A stretch of 64,000 nucleotides of DNA from a virus (Duplodnaviria > Caudoviricetes). The stretch lies in the IMG/VR virus record IMGVR_UViG_2841096034_000001. One strand, written 5' to 3'. The position numbers were made by a program, and so were the translations under genes. How positions within the stretch are numbered: the stretch's first letter is position 1; each line of letters begins with the position of its first letter. The notes under the pieces were generated by a model. That model did no database searches and was not told where the DNA came from. It was given only the letters and a program-made list of their open reading frames with translations. Below, piece by piece: positions 38,252 through 48,600 of this stretch.

Positions 38252-39310
38252 TTAGGATTGACCAGGAAGCGTAATTTCTTGGACGTTTTCATCGACAGCT
38301 GCGAATACACCACGCCAGAAGTCACCAACAACCTGACTTTCAACCAGACGAGTGATGTCGCCCATCGTAGCATTGATTTGAAGGTCTTGCTTGATAAGTT
38401 CCTTGAATCCTCGCTTCGGACGGATGGCGTATAATTTGCCTGGAGCCACTCCATCATATGCATATTTCTTCTTGCCAACGTTCGTTTCATAACCATCGTA
38501 ATAAATCACACTCTCCACACCATCCAAAGCGCGGTACGGTGTTCCGTTGATGGATACGCTGGCCATTGCTTCTTCGATATCATACTGATCAGCAGAGTTA
38601 GCCAAAAGGATTGTTCCTGGACGTTTCGCTGTCCGGGTGTCTTGCAATCCTTGCTTGATTGTTTCACGGAGACTCAACAGATAGTGGCTATCTGCTTGTG
38701 CAATTACCTGCCTGTTCTGGTCAACATACTTTGGTGCCGTTTTGTTGGCCGCTTTGTAGGTATGCTTGAGAATCGGCGCCAGGTGCAGGTGGTTCAGCAT
38801 CGCGTTATGGGCTTCACCAAAGGCTCTGTTCAAAAGCTCTAGGTTGAACGATGCATTAAACATATCGATTTCCTTCGTGTACTCAAAACCTGCAGCATAA
38901 CCTTTAATATATGCAGTAGGCCCTTGCTCAGCGCTCAATGATCCAAATTTAACCTCTTCACCTTCCATGTGTTCGAAGAAAATGACGGAACCATACTGCG
39001 CCCACTTCGCTTCAAACTGTTGAGGAAAGTTAGGGTCTTGGATACGCTCATAAATTGCATTGTAAAGCACCGGGACTTCTTCACGTCCGAGTTCGACATC
39101 AAGAACAACTTTCTGCATGAGCTCTTTTCGGGTCTTCTCGTTGGTAAGCATTTCCCCGACAGGCTTTCCTAAGTCGTATGTCTCCATCTCTCCATTTACG
39201 ATCCGCTTTTTTGTAGATAGTGGCGCTCCATTAAGCGTGAAGCCAATATCATTCTCAATTGTTCCGGATCGACGTTGTTCTTTTACTGTTGCTGGACTAA
39301 TAATTTTCAT
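38252..39310 (-). CDS. Major capsid protein
   Basis: 352 aa, HK97-like layout (EGEEVKFG); synteny. Confidence 0.85.
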   Translation of the reverse strand: MKIISPATVKEQRRSGTIENDIGFTLNGAPLSTKKRIVNGEMETYDLGKPVGEMLTNEKTRKELMQKVVLDVELGREEVPVLYNAIYERIQDPNFPQQFEAKWAQYGSVIFFEHMEGEEVKFGSLSAEQGPTAYIKGYAAGFEYTKEIDMFNASFNLELLNRAFGEAHNAMLNHLHLAPILKHTYKAANKTAPKYVDQNRQVIAQADSHYLLSLRETIKQGLQDTRTAKRPGTILLANSADQYDIEEAMASVSINGTPYRALDGVESVIYYDGYETNVGKKKYAYDGVAPGKLYAIRPKRGFKELIKQDLQINATMGDITRLVESQVVGDFWRGVFAAVDENVQEITLPGQS

Positions 39311-39329
39311 GTCTCTCTATTCCCCCTTC

Positions 39330-39746
39330 TTAAACTTGCGGTCCTAAAATGAAATGAATAACGTTGTTTGCATCCTTGGCTTCTGTAACAAGCCCTACCG
39401 AACGATAAGGAACAGGTTCCGTATCCCCGGATTCAGCCGTTTCTGTAAGTTTTTTTGTAGATGGATTAAAGTAAATCTTCGTACCTTTGGCGAAATCTTG
39501 AGACGTACTGATTTGATCTGTCTCAAATTCCGCTTGTTCAATGTTCAAGATGACGTCCGTTGTTTCTCCAGCTCCGGTTACCGCAGATTGCATTGCGACA
39601 CCAATAAAACCATCTAATTCATAAACCCCACCAGCAGCTACGGTGGTATTTTCCGGAACAGTAACGTGAACACTTTTTCCATCACCCACTTTTGCTCGAT
39701 TAGACTGGTGAGTCGTCGTAGGTACAGGTTGTCCTTGAAATGGCAT
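39330..39746 (-). CDS. Capsid decoration/cement protein (DUF2190-like)
   Basis: GVAM..FAKGTKIYFN..VGLVTEAK. Confidence 0.75.
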   Translation of the reverse strand: MPFQGQPVPTTTHQSNRAKVGDGKSVHVTVPENTTVAAGGVYELDGFIGVAMQSAVTGAGETTDVILNIEQAEFETDQISTSQDFAKGTKIYFNPSTKKLTETAESGDTEPVPYRSVGLVTEAKDANNVIHFILGPQV

Positions 39747-39760
39747 TTAAAACGGCCTCC

Positions 39761-40921
39761 TTATAGCGCAGTGCGCTTTGTTTTTAGTCCTTGTGATTGA
39801 TTACCCTCGGGAGCACTTGTTCCGATTCCAGCAGGTGTATCTTTGTGATAGGAATCAATGATGCCCTTGACCACTTTATCGTCAAGGAAATTATCCAATT
39901 CACCAGAAATTTTGTCCTTCTCCATGCCAGGCGTCAGTGTCTTGGAATGATAAGAGAATAGCTTGCCGATTTGCGTCTCTGTGTTATGAATATCTTTCTT
40001 CACAGCGTCAGACTTCACTTTCTCATCCATCATTTCACCGACTGTCTTGTTGAAGTCAGCACTTTCTTTCTCCTTCATCGCTTCCGCAGCTGCTTCAGCA
40101 ACTTTCGTGATGTCCATTTCTCCTGAGATTCCCAGCTTCCCTGCTACTTCCTTCAGCGTCTTCTCAGCTTTTGTTTTCTCATCGAGCCAGGAAGAGTCCA
40201 TTTCTCCTGCTACCTGATCAACCGACATCCCGATTTCACCGGCGATCATCGGAACTGTAATTTGTTTGTTCTTAACCATCTGTCCAAGTTGTTTCAATAA
40301 TTCTTGTGGGTCCATGCGTCTAGCACCTCCATTTTTATTTTCATCCTTACCTGGTCCCGATCCGTCAACGTCCCACATCTCACCGGAAGTGGCCACAATC
40401 TTAGTAGGCATCCCTGCCCGGTCGAGCGGTGTCCAGTCAATTGACAAGGCGTCATAATCAACTACCTGTGTTTCTCCATTTGAAGTCTGCAGTTTAGGGT
40501 ATCCGAAAATACTTACCTGTTTAATCCGACCTGTGCGTATCCAACGCTTCAGATCAGGCGCAGCCTTATCAATAACTCCACGAAAAAAAGCTGACTCCCC
40601 TTCCATCTTCGCCCCAATCCAGTGAGTGACCGGTTCTTCAAACCGATTCTTCACTTCTTCAGGCTTCTGATGGCCGAGGAAACCAGCCAATGTATTTCGC
40701 ATTACCTTCTCGACAATGCTCTGCAGTGCGAATTTCGTGTAGTTCCACCCTCGAGTGGATGGACCTGCGGGGATCTCGACAACAACTTCCATGAAATCAT
40801 CATCGTGTTTCTTGAAATCATCTAGATTCACTCCTGATGCAAGAGGAACGCCAGTGGTTTTCATCTCACCACTTAAATTCCCAAATAGCATCATAAGCTG
40901 CTCTTTCTTCTGTTTACTCAA
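39761..40921 (-). CDS. Prohead protease/scaffold
   Basis: STRGWNY, GFLGHQ, QVSIFG, SIDWTPL plus helical C-terminus with repeated GEM motifs (possible cleavage sites). Confidence 0.75.
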   Translation of the reverse strand: MSKQKKEQLMMLFGNLSGEMKTTGVPLASGVNLDDFKKHDDDFMEVVVEIPAGPSTRGWNYTKFALQSIVEKVMRNTLAGFLGHQKPEEVKNRFEEPVTHWIGAKMEGESAFFRGVIDKAAPDLKRWIRTGRIKQVSIFGYPKLQTSNGETQVVDYDALSIDWTPLDRAGMPTKIVATSGEMWDVDGSGPGKDENKNGGARRMDPQELLKQLGQMVKNKQITVPMIAGEIGMSVDQVAGEMDSSWLDEKTKAEKTLKEVAGKLGISGEMDITKVAEAAAEAMKEKESADFNKTVGEMMDEKVKSDAVKKDIHNTETQIGKLFSYHSKTLTPGMEKDKISGELDNFLDDKVVKGIIDSYHKDTPAGIGTSAPEGNQSQGLKTKRTAL

Positions 40922-41097
40922 TGTTTCTCACCCCCTTTCAATTTTTCTTTTATTTCATCAGCTTCTTTGAGTATCCTTCTGCTTTTCAATCCATTCATAA
41001 TTAAGAGGATACTCCCCGCAAGTAACAAAAGAGCAATCACAATACGAAGCACATCCAGTACTCCTTCAGAGAAAATGAACACGACCGGGTCTGTCAT
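40918..41097 (-). CDS. 59-aa single-TM protein
   Basis: Manual: MTDPVVFIFSEGVLDVLRIVIALLLLAGSILLIMNGLKSRR...; ATGA overlap with upstream gene. Confidence 0.55.
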   Translation of the reverse strand: MTDPVVFIFSEGVLDVLRIVIALLLLAGSILLIMNGLKSRRILKEADEIKEKLKGGEKH

Positions 41098-41333
41098 CCT
41101 CTTTCACCCCTTTCCACAACTTCGTATTCACTATCATGGATAGGGATAGGGTGTTCTTTAACCTCAACAGATGCAACGATTATACTTCTAGGTGTCCAAT
41201 GATCTTTTTTCACTGTAAATATATCGCCATTCTTATAGACACCATCATTTAGGTCAGGAAGGGCGTCAACTATTTTTATTTTTTCGCCAGGTTGAGGTCT
41301 GCCTTCTCCTGAAATGTATTCAAAATCAGCCAT
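41094..41333 (-). CDS. Hypothetical SH3-like small protein
   Basis: ORF with SD AGGAGG. Confidence 0.65.
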   Translation of the reverse strand: MADFEYISGEGRPQPGEKIKIVDALPDLNDGVYKNGDIFTVKKDHWTPRSIIVASVEVKEHPIPIHDSEYEVVERGERG

Positions 41334-41345
41334 AAACTCCCTCCT

Positions 41346-42368
41346 TTATGCAGCTTTATAGACTTCCTTGTACCATTCTTCAATTTGCGGTTGTGACTGC
41401 GGGTTCTCCCGCCATTCTTTGAGCTTATCAACGAAGTCATCTGGATCTTCATGAACAGGCAATAAGCTACACAAGCAATTCGGGTGAGGCGGAAACATAG
41501 GCTCCTCACCAACAGGATAAACACCCCTACCTAACCCGTGATCAGCATTAGCAAATGTATCGCAAATATCTACTACTGGATGTGAAGGGGATAAAACCCA
41601 CTGTATGCCCTTGGAAGATGGGGAAACTCTCACAGATTGGATGGTGCCTTCTCCAAATGCGGCAGTCATTTCAGTTCTGGCAAGTCTGAGGGCTTCATAG
41701 GAGACATCCTGAGGTATTCTATTACCAAGACGCTTCATCATATTCGGATAATCTCTAGCTAGTGTCTGCTTGCCGTTCTGTGCGTATTTTTCTAATGAAC
41801 GTGCAACCTCCCTGACGTCTTTCCCCATTACAATTCCTTCTTGGATGATAGTCCTTATCGAAGTGCCCGCCTTTTGGCTATTCCGCCATATTCGGTCAGA
41901 AGTACTCAATCCATTAATAGTCCTGGCATAAACCGCCTCAGCTGCCCGGACATTAACCTTATGGAACCTACGAATCATCGGAGCTTTGTCGATACCAGCT
42001 TCATCTAACAATTTGTATGTGACACCCTGGCTATAAGAAAGACCCGCTTCCACCGCTTCTGCTATGAATTCTGCTGTAGCTTCATCCACTTCTCCATTTA
42101 GAGAAGCTATTTCTTGAGCAACCGCCTTTTCCAACTCCACTAAATGACGAATCTTCATTTCTGAATCACCGTTAGCTGCTAAACCTCGGACTTCTTTTGC
42201 AATATTCTTGATGATTCGTATATACATAGATTTTATTTTTTTGTCTTGCTTCAGCCGAATCTCAACATATTTCTTCCTGGCTTCCAGTGCGTATTTCGCG
42301 TAAGGACCAGAGTGATACCTCAGGCGCTCAACCAACTCCCTTGCTGACTGCCCGAATAAATCGCTCAT
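41346..42368 (-). CDS. Minor head protein (Mu gpF/SPP1 gp7-like)
   Basis: RLARTE..DICD..PPHPNCLC. Confidence 0.85.
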   Translation of the reverse strand: MSDLFGQSARELVERLRYHSGPYAKYALEARKKYVEIRLKQDKKIKSMYIRIIKNIAKEVRGLAANGDSEMKIRHLVELEKAVAQEIASLNGEVDEATAEFIAEAVEAGLSYSQGVTYKLLDEAGIDKAPMIRRFHKVNVRAAEAVYARTINGLSTSDRIWRNSQKAGTSIRTIIQEGIVMGKDVREVARSLEKYAQNGKQTLARDYPNMMKRLGNRIPQDVSYEALRLARTEMTAAFGEGTIQSVRVSPSSKGIQWVLSPSHPVVDICDTFANADHGLGRGVYPVGEEPMFPPHPNCLCSLLPVHEDPDDFVDKLKEWRENPQSQPQIEEWYKEVYKAA

Positions 42369-43892
42369 TTACCCCGTCCCCTTACGTATCTGTTCCAGTA
42401 CCTTGTCTATCTCTTTTACCTGGCTCTCATTGAACTGACTGTCTTCCAGGCGCATGTTCATGAGTCTTGTATGCATGATCTTCTCACGCTCTCCTGGCAC
42501 TTCTTGATCATCTGTTACGAAGTTGTTCATCGTATCGATGTACTTTGTCAATAGGTTGACTGCTGACTCCAGGGATACCACCCCTTTGTCTACTCCAATA
42601 CTCATCGCTTCAACCATAGCTTTAACTTCCTCAGCAATATCTTTGCCATCACGTGGGTCAATATCATCCCACTGCAACGTTGTTTTAAATGTGCTGTATG
42701 ATCTGTTATCTGCTTCGGACGTCATGGCCAATACGATTCGGCACATACGCTTGAAAGGCTCGTCGTAATGTTCTCGTTTCCTGGCTATTCGCCGAATTAG
42801 AATAGGCATCTGCTCTTTAACACTGGATAAGCTGGATGGCGTATGAACCCCGAATACAAATTCCGGAGTCTCAGACACATCGACAATGCAATAAAAGAGG
42901 AACTTCAACAAGACTGCTGCGTCGCCAATCGCACTCTTCACTTCAACAAACTCTGCTTCTTCCGTCTCGGACAACATCAAAAGCTCATGTCCGTCCAAGT
43001 CTATCTGCCCGCCTTCCTTAGCGAACTTCGCCGGGTCCGTCACCCCGAAATTGTTTCTGAGGAATTCCCCTACGTCTTTCAGCTTAAGTTTAAGCCTAGG
43101 AGTGCTATGCAATTTAGAACCTTGAATAGCGTGAAGCATAACGTCATGATAGGCTTTCATGAACGGTTCGATAGGTTCGAGATCAGAACGACCGAACTCT
43201 TCGTGCACATCTCCTTCATTTTTAAAATGCACAATAGGTATGAATCCCCACTTGTTCAGTTGTTCCCCCATCTCCATGCCAGGGGGAACTTCGTCGTCCG
43301 TAGAAATCACCCGCTTATCCTTGGTAATCCTTTGAGTTATCTTTGAGTTCACCTCCACTCCAGTTTCATTCATCCAGGAGTGAATAGATTCAAGAATGTA
43401 TTCAACCGGATTCCCAGTGACAGGGTCTCTGTTTATTTTTGTGACCTGCTCAGGAGGAATGATGTTATACATCAGCCGTGCGCCTTCCTTCGGGTATAGC
43501 TTGTTATCATGAACATCTTCTCTGGTGATCCAAACAAAACCATCACCCTCTCGACCAGAATTTCTAAGTGTACGCTGCATCTTAGAAACGTTGTCGTCGA
43601 AAAAAGCGTCCAACGCCTTCTGTGCTTCTTCATCCTCTGATATCGGTCGAGGAACCCCCATAAATCCAACTGTCGTGTTGACAACTGGCTTCGCAAAGCC
43701 TGCCCCGAGTTTGTAGTCATCAGCAGTGTTGTGGTAAAGATTCCTGGCTTTATCAACGTCAACTCGAGAGGAGTCTAGCTTGTAACCTGAGTTCATCGTT
43801 CCGCCAAGGAAGTTCCAACCAAGCTTATTCGATAGTTGATTACGTAGCTTAGACATTTCCCCCACTGCTTTTTGATACCAGCTATTAGCCAT
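42369..43892 (-). CDS. Portal protein (SPP1-like)
   Basis: GFIPIVHFKNE..GRSDLE; follows TerL. Confidence 0.9.
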   Translation of the reverse strand: MANSWYQKAVGEMSKLRNQLSNKLGWNFLGGTMNSGYKLDSSRVDVDKARNLYHNTADDYKLGAGFAKPVVNTTVGFMGVPRPISEDEEAQKALDAFFDDNVSKMQRTLRNSGREGDGFVWITREDVHDNKLYPKEGARLMYNIIPPEQVTKINRDPVTGNPVEYILESIHSWMNETGVEVNSKITQRITKDKRVISTDDEVPPGMEMGEQLNKWGFIPIVHFKNEGDVHEEFGRSDLEPIEPFMKAYHDVMLHAIQGSKLHSTPRLKLKLKDVGEFLRNNFGVTDPAKFAKEGGQIDLDGHELLMLSETEEAEFVEVKSAIGDAAVLLKFLFYCIVDVSETPEFVFGVHTPSSLSSVKEQMPILIRRIARKREHYDEPFKRMCRIVLAMTSEADNRSYSTFKTTLQWDDIDPRDGKDIAEEVKAMVEAMSIGVDKGVVSLESAVNLLTKYIDTMNNFVTDDQEVPGEREKIMHTRLMNMRLEDSQFNESQVKEIDKVLEQIRKGTG

Positions 43893-45309
43893 ATACTTTC
43901 ACCCCCCGTAATAATTGTGCAGAGTCCTCATCCATCACTCCTTTAACCTTGGCAAACGCCAGAACAAGCGCATCTGCACGGTCGGGTGACTTGACTCCTC
44001 TTCGCTTCATTTCGTCTTTTGATTCCAGCTTGATTTTCCCTTTAGATGTAACGGTGTACTTCCTCGTGGTGAGCTGGCCTATCATATCCTCATCATTCGG
44101 AATCTTGATAGCATCAGCTTGCAGTAAATCTCTAATATTCGCCCAAGACTCTGTTCCCCAGTTATCGTAATGATCTTTGTCATTAGCAACTCCACCGTTA
44201 TGACAGTCAACCACTTTAATATGCAGCCCCTCTTCTCGAACCACTTCTCTGAGACGGTCGGTAACAGCTCCACCTACGCCGTCATCATCGACTTTAACTG
44301 TGCATCGAGGGCGCCCGTAAGTACGCATCATGTCCCTGGCCACTTGAATGACGTTTCCTGTGGTGACCATCGTGTCCTGTTTGTTATACCAATTGAAATA
44401 AGGAACGTGATTACCAATACGAGGAACAATAGTCGTCTCATCATCGCCAAAACGCGCAACGTCGACTCCAATCTCTACTTCTGCTTGATCTGGAACAATG
44501 AGGTCCTGGTTCTCGTCTTCCTCGTACACATCTCTTGCAGCTGCTTTCTCAGCGAGCTCCAAGTAAATGAATGTGTCCGGCTCACTTCTAGGAAACTCTC
44601 CATCAACACGGACACGAACCACATCACTATCGCGCCCGTATTTCCTCTCGAGCATGGCGATGTTCTTTTTGCTTGTTCTCTCGCTGTCTCTGGAGGATAC
44701 TCTGTGTGCTTTATAGTTGGACCGGTCTTTATGGTGGGAATCATAAAAAAAACCGCTGGTGCGGGTTGGGTTACCACACATCAACAGTTTGTTTTCGTTT
44801 CCGGACAACGTACCGAAAATTGCTTCCATGATCTTGTCATCAATACCTGACGCTTCATCAGCAATAAAAAGCATGTAATCTTCGTGGAAACCTTGCATAT
44901 TTTCAGGTTTGGTAGCTGTTCGGGCAGTAGCAAACCACCGCTTCTCATATCCAGCCATATACACTTTGGTTTTCGTCCACTTCAAAAGCTTCTTCACTTT
45001 AGAGGTCTCAAGCCACTTGGCAATCTCTGCCCACAATACGTCGTTCAATTGTTGCCTGGTGGGAGCCGTACAAACTACCCTCGGATTCGGTCTGCAGGTG
45101 AGGAACCATATCGCTGCCACTGCTTCGATACCGGTTTTACCTATACCTTGGCCTGATCGGACAGTAACCATCGGATGACCCGCTAAGTCTCGAAGGATGG
45201 CTGATTGAAATTTATCAGGATAGAAACCTAGCATATCTTCAGCAAAAGCCACTGGATCATCCCAATACACTTCCAATAAATCTAAGATGACATTATACGG
45301 CTTCGTCAT
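43885..45309 (-). CDS. terL: Terminase large subunit
   Basis: RSGQGIGKT, FIADEASG, CGNPT, GVDVARFGDD, SPDRADAL. Confidence 0.95.
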   Translation of the reverse strand: MTKPYNVILDLLEVYWDDPVAFAEDMLGFYPDKFQSAILRDLAGHPMVTVRSGQGIGKTGIEAVAAIWFLTCRPNPRVVCTAPTRQQLNDVLWAEIAKWLETSKVKKLLKWTKTKVYMAGYEKRWFATARTATKPENMQGFHEDYMLFIADEASGIDDKIMEAIFGTLSGNENKLLMCGNPTRTSGFFYDSHHKDRSNYKAHRVSSRDSERTSKKNIAMLERKYGRDSDVVRVRVDGEFPRSEPDTFIYLELAEKAAARDVYEEDENQDLIVPDQAEVEIGVDVARFGDDETTIVPRIGNHVPYFNWYNKQDTMVTTGNVIQVARDMMRTYGRPRCTVKVDDDGVGGAVTDRLREVVREEGLHIKVVDCHNGGVANDKDHYDNWGTESWANIRDLLQADAIKIPNDEDMIGQLTTRKYTVTSKGKIKLESKDEMKRRGVKSPDRADALVLAFAKVKGVMDEDSAQLLRGVKVYG

Positions 45310-46238
45310 CCTCCATCACCTTTCTTTTCGCGGCGTCGATCGGCCACCTCTTTAAGGGCTCCAACCCAATCCTCTGTATTCTTATCGTCGTTACTTCCTT
45401 CTATCGCTTCTGTTTCAGCCTGGGTCTTCGCGATATCAGCACGCATTTTCTCTTCCTGTAATTTACGTTTATCTGCTTCAGGCAACATGTCAAAGTACTG
45501 CCACAACTTGTCCAGAGCCTTCATTTTGTCGGCCAACTTAACAGACACGCCATCACGTCCATGTTTGACCTCTGTAACAATCGTGCCGTCAACTAACTCA
45601 CTGTCTTTAAAGAACACTTCGTTATACGAATCCACCCTTGGAACAATATCCTTCACAGTTCCATCCTGATTGAGGAGAACATCCTTCTTACCGGTATCGA
45701 CATCTTTTCTCGTAAACGTTACGAAATCCGTGATGTCTGCGAATGCGATTTCTGCATATTTGCGAAGAACGTCCATGGCATCCAGGAACAGCGCGTCCGT
45801 CATGTTGCTCTTCAGGTCCAGGATATACTCACGAACCTTAGCATTTCTTAGCAACCTGCTCCCTTCTACATGAGCGCTATCAGGAGCATATCCCGCTTTG
45901 ATAGCAGACTGTGTAGCATTGAAGGTTTTAATATAATGAACACAAAAAAGCCTTTGCTTATCAGTGAGTTCATCACTTGGCAAAGACTCTGGTTCGCTCG
46001 CTTCTTCATCAGTAGCATCCCGTATTTGATTCGTCTCTTTCTTATTAGTAACGCTCCCTTTCGATTTAGTAACGTTACCATTCAATTTCTCGTTCCATTT
46101 GTCCTGGCTTTTCCACTTCCTTATCTGCGAAGGAGAGCAATCCAGTTCTTCAGCAATGTCTTTTAATTTCCGTTCACCATTACTGGCTTTCCATAATTCG
46201 AATGCTTGGTTACGTCTTGGATCTCTTTTTCTGGCCAC
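45306..46238 (-). CDS. terS: Terminase small subunit
   Basis: N-terminal HTH (IRKWKSQDKW); LTDKQRLF..NATQSAIKAGY. Confidence 0.92.
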   Translation of the reverse strand: MARKRDPRRNQAFELWKASNGERKLKDIAEELDCSPSQIRKWKSQDKWNEKLNGNVTKSKGSVTNKKETNQIRDATDEEASEPESLPSDELTDKQRLFCVHYIKTFNATQSAIKAGYAPDSAHVEGSRLLRNAKVREYILDLKSNMTDALFLDAMDVLRKYAEIAFADITDFVTFTRKDVDTGKKDVLLNQDGTVKDIVPRVDSYNEVFFKDSELVDGTIVTEVKHGRDGVSVKLADKMKALDKLWQYFDMLPEADKRKLQEEKMRADIAKTQAETEAIEGSNDDKNTEDWVGALKEVADRRREKKGDGG

Positions 46239-46277
46239 TACATCTGCACCTACCCCCAGTTACATTGGAATCCGCGC

Positions 46278-46737
46278 TTACTCTTCTTTAACCAGATACC
46301 AGTATTCTTTATTTCTGATACCTAAATGCGTAGGGTTGCCTAATTCATCGTAATAGTCAGTAAACCCGTATCTTCTAAGAAACTGATAGGCTTTTTTTCT
46401 TCGCACTTCTTCCCATCCAATTACAAGTTCTTCGTTGCGATCCATTTTTCCGGCAAAGTCCAATATGTGGTCCATCGCCCACTTCATCGCTGTTAACGTT
46501 CCATTTCCTGTAACTATGTTTTTCGGTTTATTTTTTTGATTATGTTTGAACCAGCGATTTGCTTCTTTTCGCGAACCTATATAAAAACCGACGAACCATT
46601 GATAAGAAATCTCAGGATCAGCATCTTCTATATAGGGAGCTCTCAATCTATAAAAATATAAATTAACCTCTTGGCCATTCGGCAGCTGCTCTCTCAACCG
46701 ATATTCACTCCGTCTCTTGTTATAGACACGCAGCATC
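46278..46737 (-). CDS. Hypothetical protein (start ATG ~46736 with SD AGGGAGG)
   Basis: ORF track 46278..46817; internal SD suggests the shorter start. Confidence 0.55.
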
Positions 46738-46819
46738 CTATTCCCCTCCCTGTGCTTAACCACAAAAAAGAACACTCTATAAGAGTGCTCCAGAATTCGT
46801 GTTTTAAGTTCATTCACCC

Positions 46820-46892
46820 GGGAGGGTGATAGGCGCTTAGAATTTTTCTATGTGCTTCGCCCGAAGAGCAAAGCCGCGCCGACCTGCCTCCC
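46820..46892 (-). ncRNA. Candidate structured RNA (three-way junction) upstream of packaging genes
   Basis: GGGAGG/CCUCCC and GGCGC/GCGCC closing stems, two inner hairpins, GC-rich in AT-rich context; terminator at ~46765-46790. Confidence 0.45.
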
Positions 46893-46949
46893 ATTATACC
46901 ATATTAGGAAAAATATTCTTCACTTATAGTTGGCAAACGTAAGACGATT

Positions 46950-47711
46950 TTAGCCGTTCAATTCCCGTAATAATTCCTCTTTTTTATTTTGCAATTTGCT
47001 TATGAGGCTTATCATTTCATCCTGTAATGAAAAAATAAATTCTTGGTCCTTATCGTGGATATTAATTTTAATACTTGTGTATTCATTTAATTCCTCTCTG
47101 GAAAGTACACTCAAAGATATGCCACCGACCAAACTCTCAAAAGAAAGGTCGTACTTTTCTACAATACGATGTTTAAACTTCTCTAATTCTCTTATAGGAT
47201 TTAACATTAAACTATTTTCAATAGACCTAATTCGACTCCTAAAATTAAGAAACAACTCATATGTGTCTGAACCTATGTAGACTATATCGCTCTGAATATT
47301 ATTGAGCCTATTTTTTGTGTATTCTTCATAGGCGTCAGTTAATTCCAATGAAATTTCATTGTTCACATTATGAAAGGTACCTTGATCACTATATGGATCT
47401 ATCCTTTCATTTATTTTTGAAATTTCCGTGACACCATCATCCAGTTTAATGATACATCTCTCAATATTATCTATCTTTTTAGGAAACTCATCTTTCTTCC
47501 TTAACTTTTCATTTTCTTTAATGGTAATTAAAACCCCGACCAATGTTATAGTTCCACCTAATACTGCTCCTATAAAGCCAATAAACCCAGCGATTATTGT
47601 GTCATTCCACCCCAGAAATAATTTGACTATCCCTAAATATATAAAGATATCGGCTATAATCAAAGACGCCAGTATCAGTATCGCAAAAAAATTATTTTTT
47701 ATAATTCTCAC
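46950..47711 (-). CDS. AT-rich moron membrane protein
   Basis: Two N-terminal TM helices (GFIGAVLGGTITLVGVLITI) plus helical domain. Confidence 0.75.
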   Translation of the reverse strand: MRIIKNNFFAILILASLIIADIFIYLGIVKLFLGWNDTIIAGFIGFIGAVLGGTITLVGVLITIKENEKLRKKDEFPKKIDNIERCIIKLDDGVTEISKINERIDPYSDQGTFHNVNNEISLELTDAYEEYTKNRLNNIQSDIVYIGSDTYELFLNFRSRIRSIENSLMLNPIRELEKFKHRIVEKYDLSFESLVGGISLSVLSREELNEYTSIKINIHDKDQEFIFSLQDEMISLISKLQNKKEELLRELNG

Positions 47712-47783
47712 AACCTCCCCCCTATGTAATTTAAATATTAAACAACATTAGAACTATTGTGAATAGATAACTGTGAGAAGAGC

Positions 47784-48305
47784 TCATTCCGCTAAGCAGA
47801 ATAAGCTCTCTGAAATTCGCTTTTCTATTTTCCTTTTCGATCTTTCATAGTGTTTTTGCACTGTACCCTTTTTTATATACATCATTTCAGCAATTTCCAT
47901 AAATGAATACACGCCAACCTCATGCAATAAATAAACATCTTTTTCTCTAACGGTCAATAAAGCAAGAGCGTCTTCTATTCTTTCGTTGTCCCATACCGAA
48001 ACTTCTTTCCCATCGAACTGATTTAATTCTTTGCGTTTGTTATTAAAGAAGCTCAAGGTGTCATTATTACTTTTTACAGTGTTTTGATACACAGAACGTC
48101 GATCTAAACCTCTCTTAGCACCAGGTTCCCTTCCCCTTACCAACCATCTTATGATGAGTTCATGGTCGCTGATCATGCTTCCATACATTTTTAAATCATA
48201 TGTTTCTTGAGCTGTCCTTTTGTCTTCAGGAATGGACTTGATTATCTCCTTCTTAGTTTTTAAATCCTTCAAAGAACTTTTATACTCATAAATTAAATCA
48301 ATCAC
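47784..48305 (-). CDS. Sigma-70 region 4-like late transcriptional activator (Xpf-like)
   Basis: LTVREKDVY..SFMEIAEMMYIKKGTVQKHYERSKRKI; position before late genes. Confidence 0.85.
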   Translation of the reverse strand: MIDLIYEYKSSLKDLKTKKEIIKSIPEDKRTAQETYDLKMYGSMISDHELIIRWLVRGREPGAKRGLDRRSVYQNTVKSNNDTLSFFNNKRKELNQFDGKEVSVWDNERIEDALALLTVREKDVYLLHEVGVYSFMEIAEMMYIKKGTVQKHYERSKRKIEKRISESLFCLAE

Positions 48306-48322
48306 ATAACCAGCTCCCTTGT

Positions 48323-48529
48323 TTATCTTTGTTTCATAGCTCCACCCTTGCCCCTTCGATAAGTAGGGCGATTCACTCCCATTAGGTCTTCGACGTCCCG
48401 GTGACTCATACGCTCTTTCTTCTTCTTGGGTGTATTTTTCTTAGGGTGAGGGGTCTGTATGTTATTTTTGCGCTTGTACCTTTTGAGTTGATCACGTAAC
48501 TGTTGACTCATTTGACCTCTCCTTTTCAA
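48323..48529 (-). CDS. Small basic phage protein
   Basis: DLMGVNRPTYRRGKGGAMKQ motif. Confidence 0.65.
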   Translation of the reverse strand: MKRRGQMSQQLRDQLKRYKRKNNIQTPHPKKNTPKKKKERMSHRDVEDLMGVNRPTYRRGKGGAMKQR

Positions 48530-48532
48530 ATA

Positions 48533-48600
48533 AAAAAGAGCACCAACTACAGCTGCGTGTTTGCAACTTGTAATCAGTGCCCTGGTTGTTCCAGTAGCTT
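48533..48600 (-). terminator. Structured leader/terminator upstream of late activator
   Basis: CTGG-AACAA-CCAG hairpin followed by long GGGCAC..GTGCTC stem and T-tract. Confidence 0.55.

Noticed and set aside
20884-46238. PBSX-like defective phage or tailocin
   Set aside because: Xkd-like tail is accompanied by head, portal, terminase, replication, recombination and immunity modules plus an att site
43949-46353. Overlapping alternative ORFs across terminase genes
   Set aside because: Shadow ORFs over well-supported genes; no motifs
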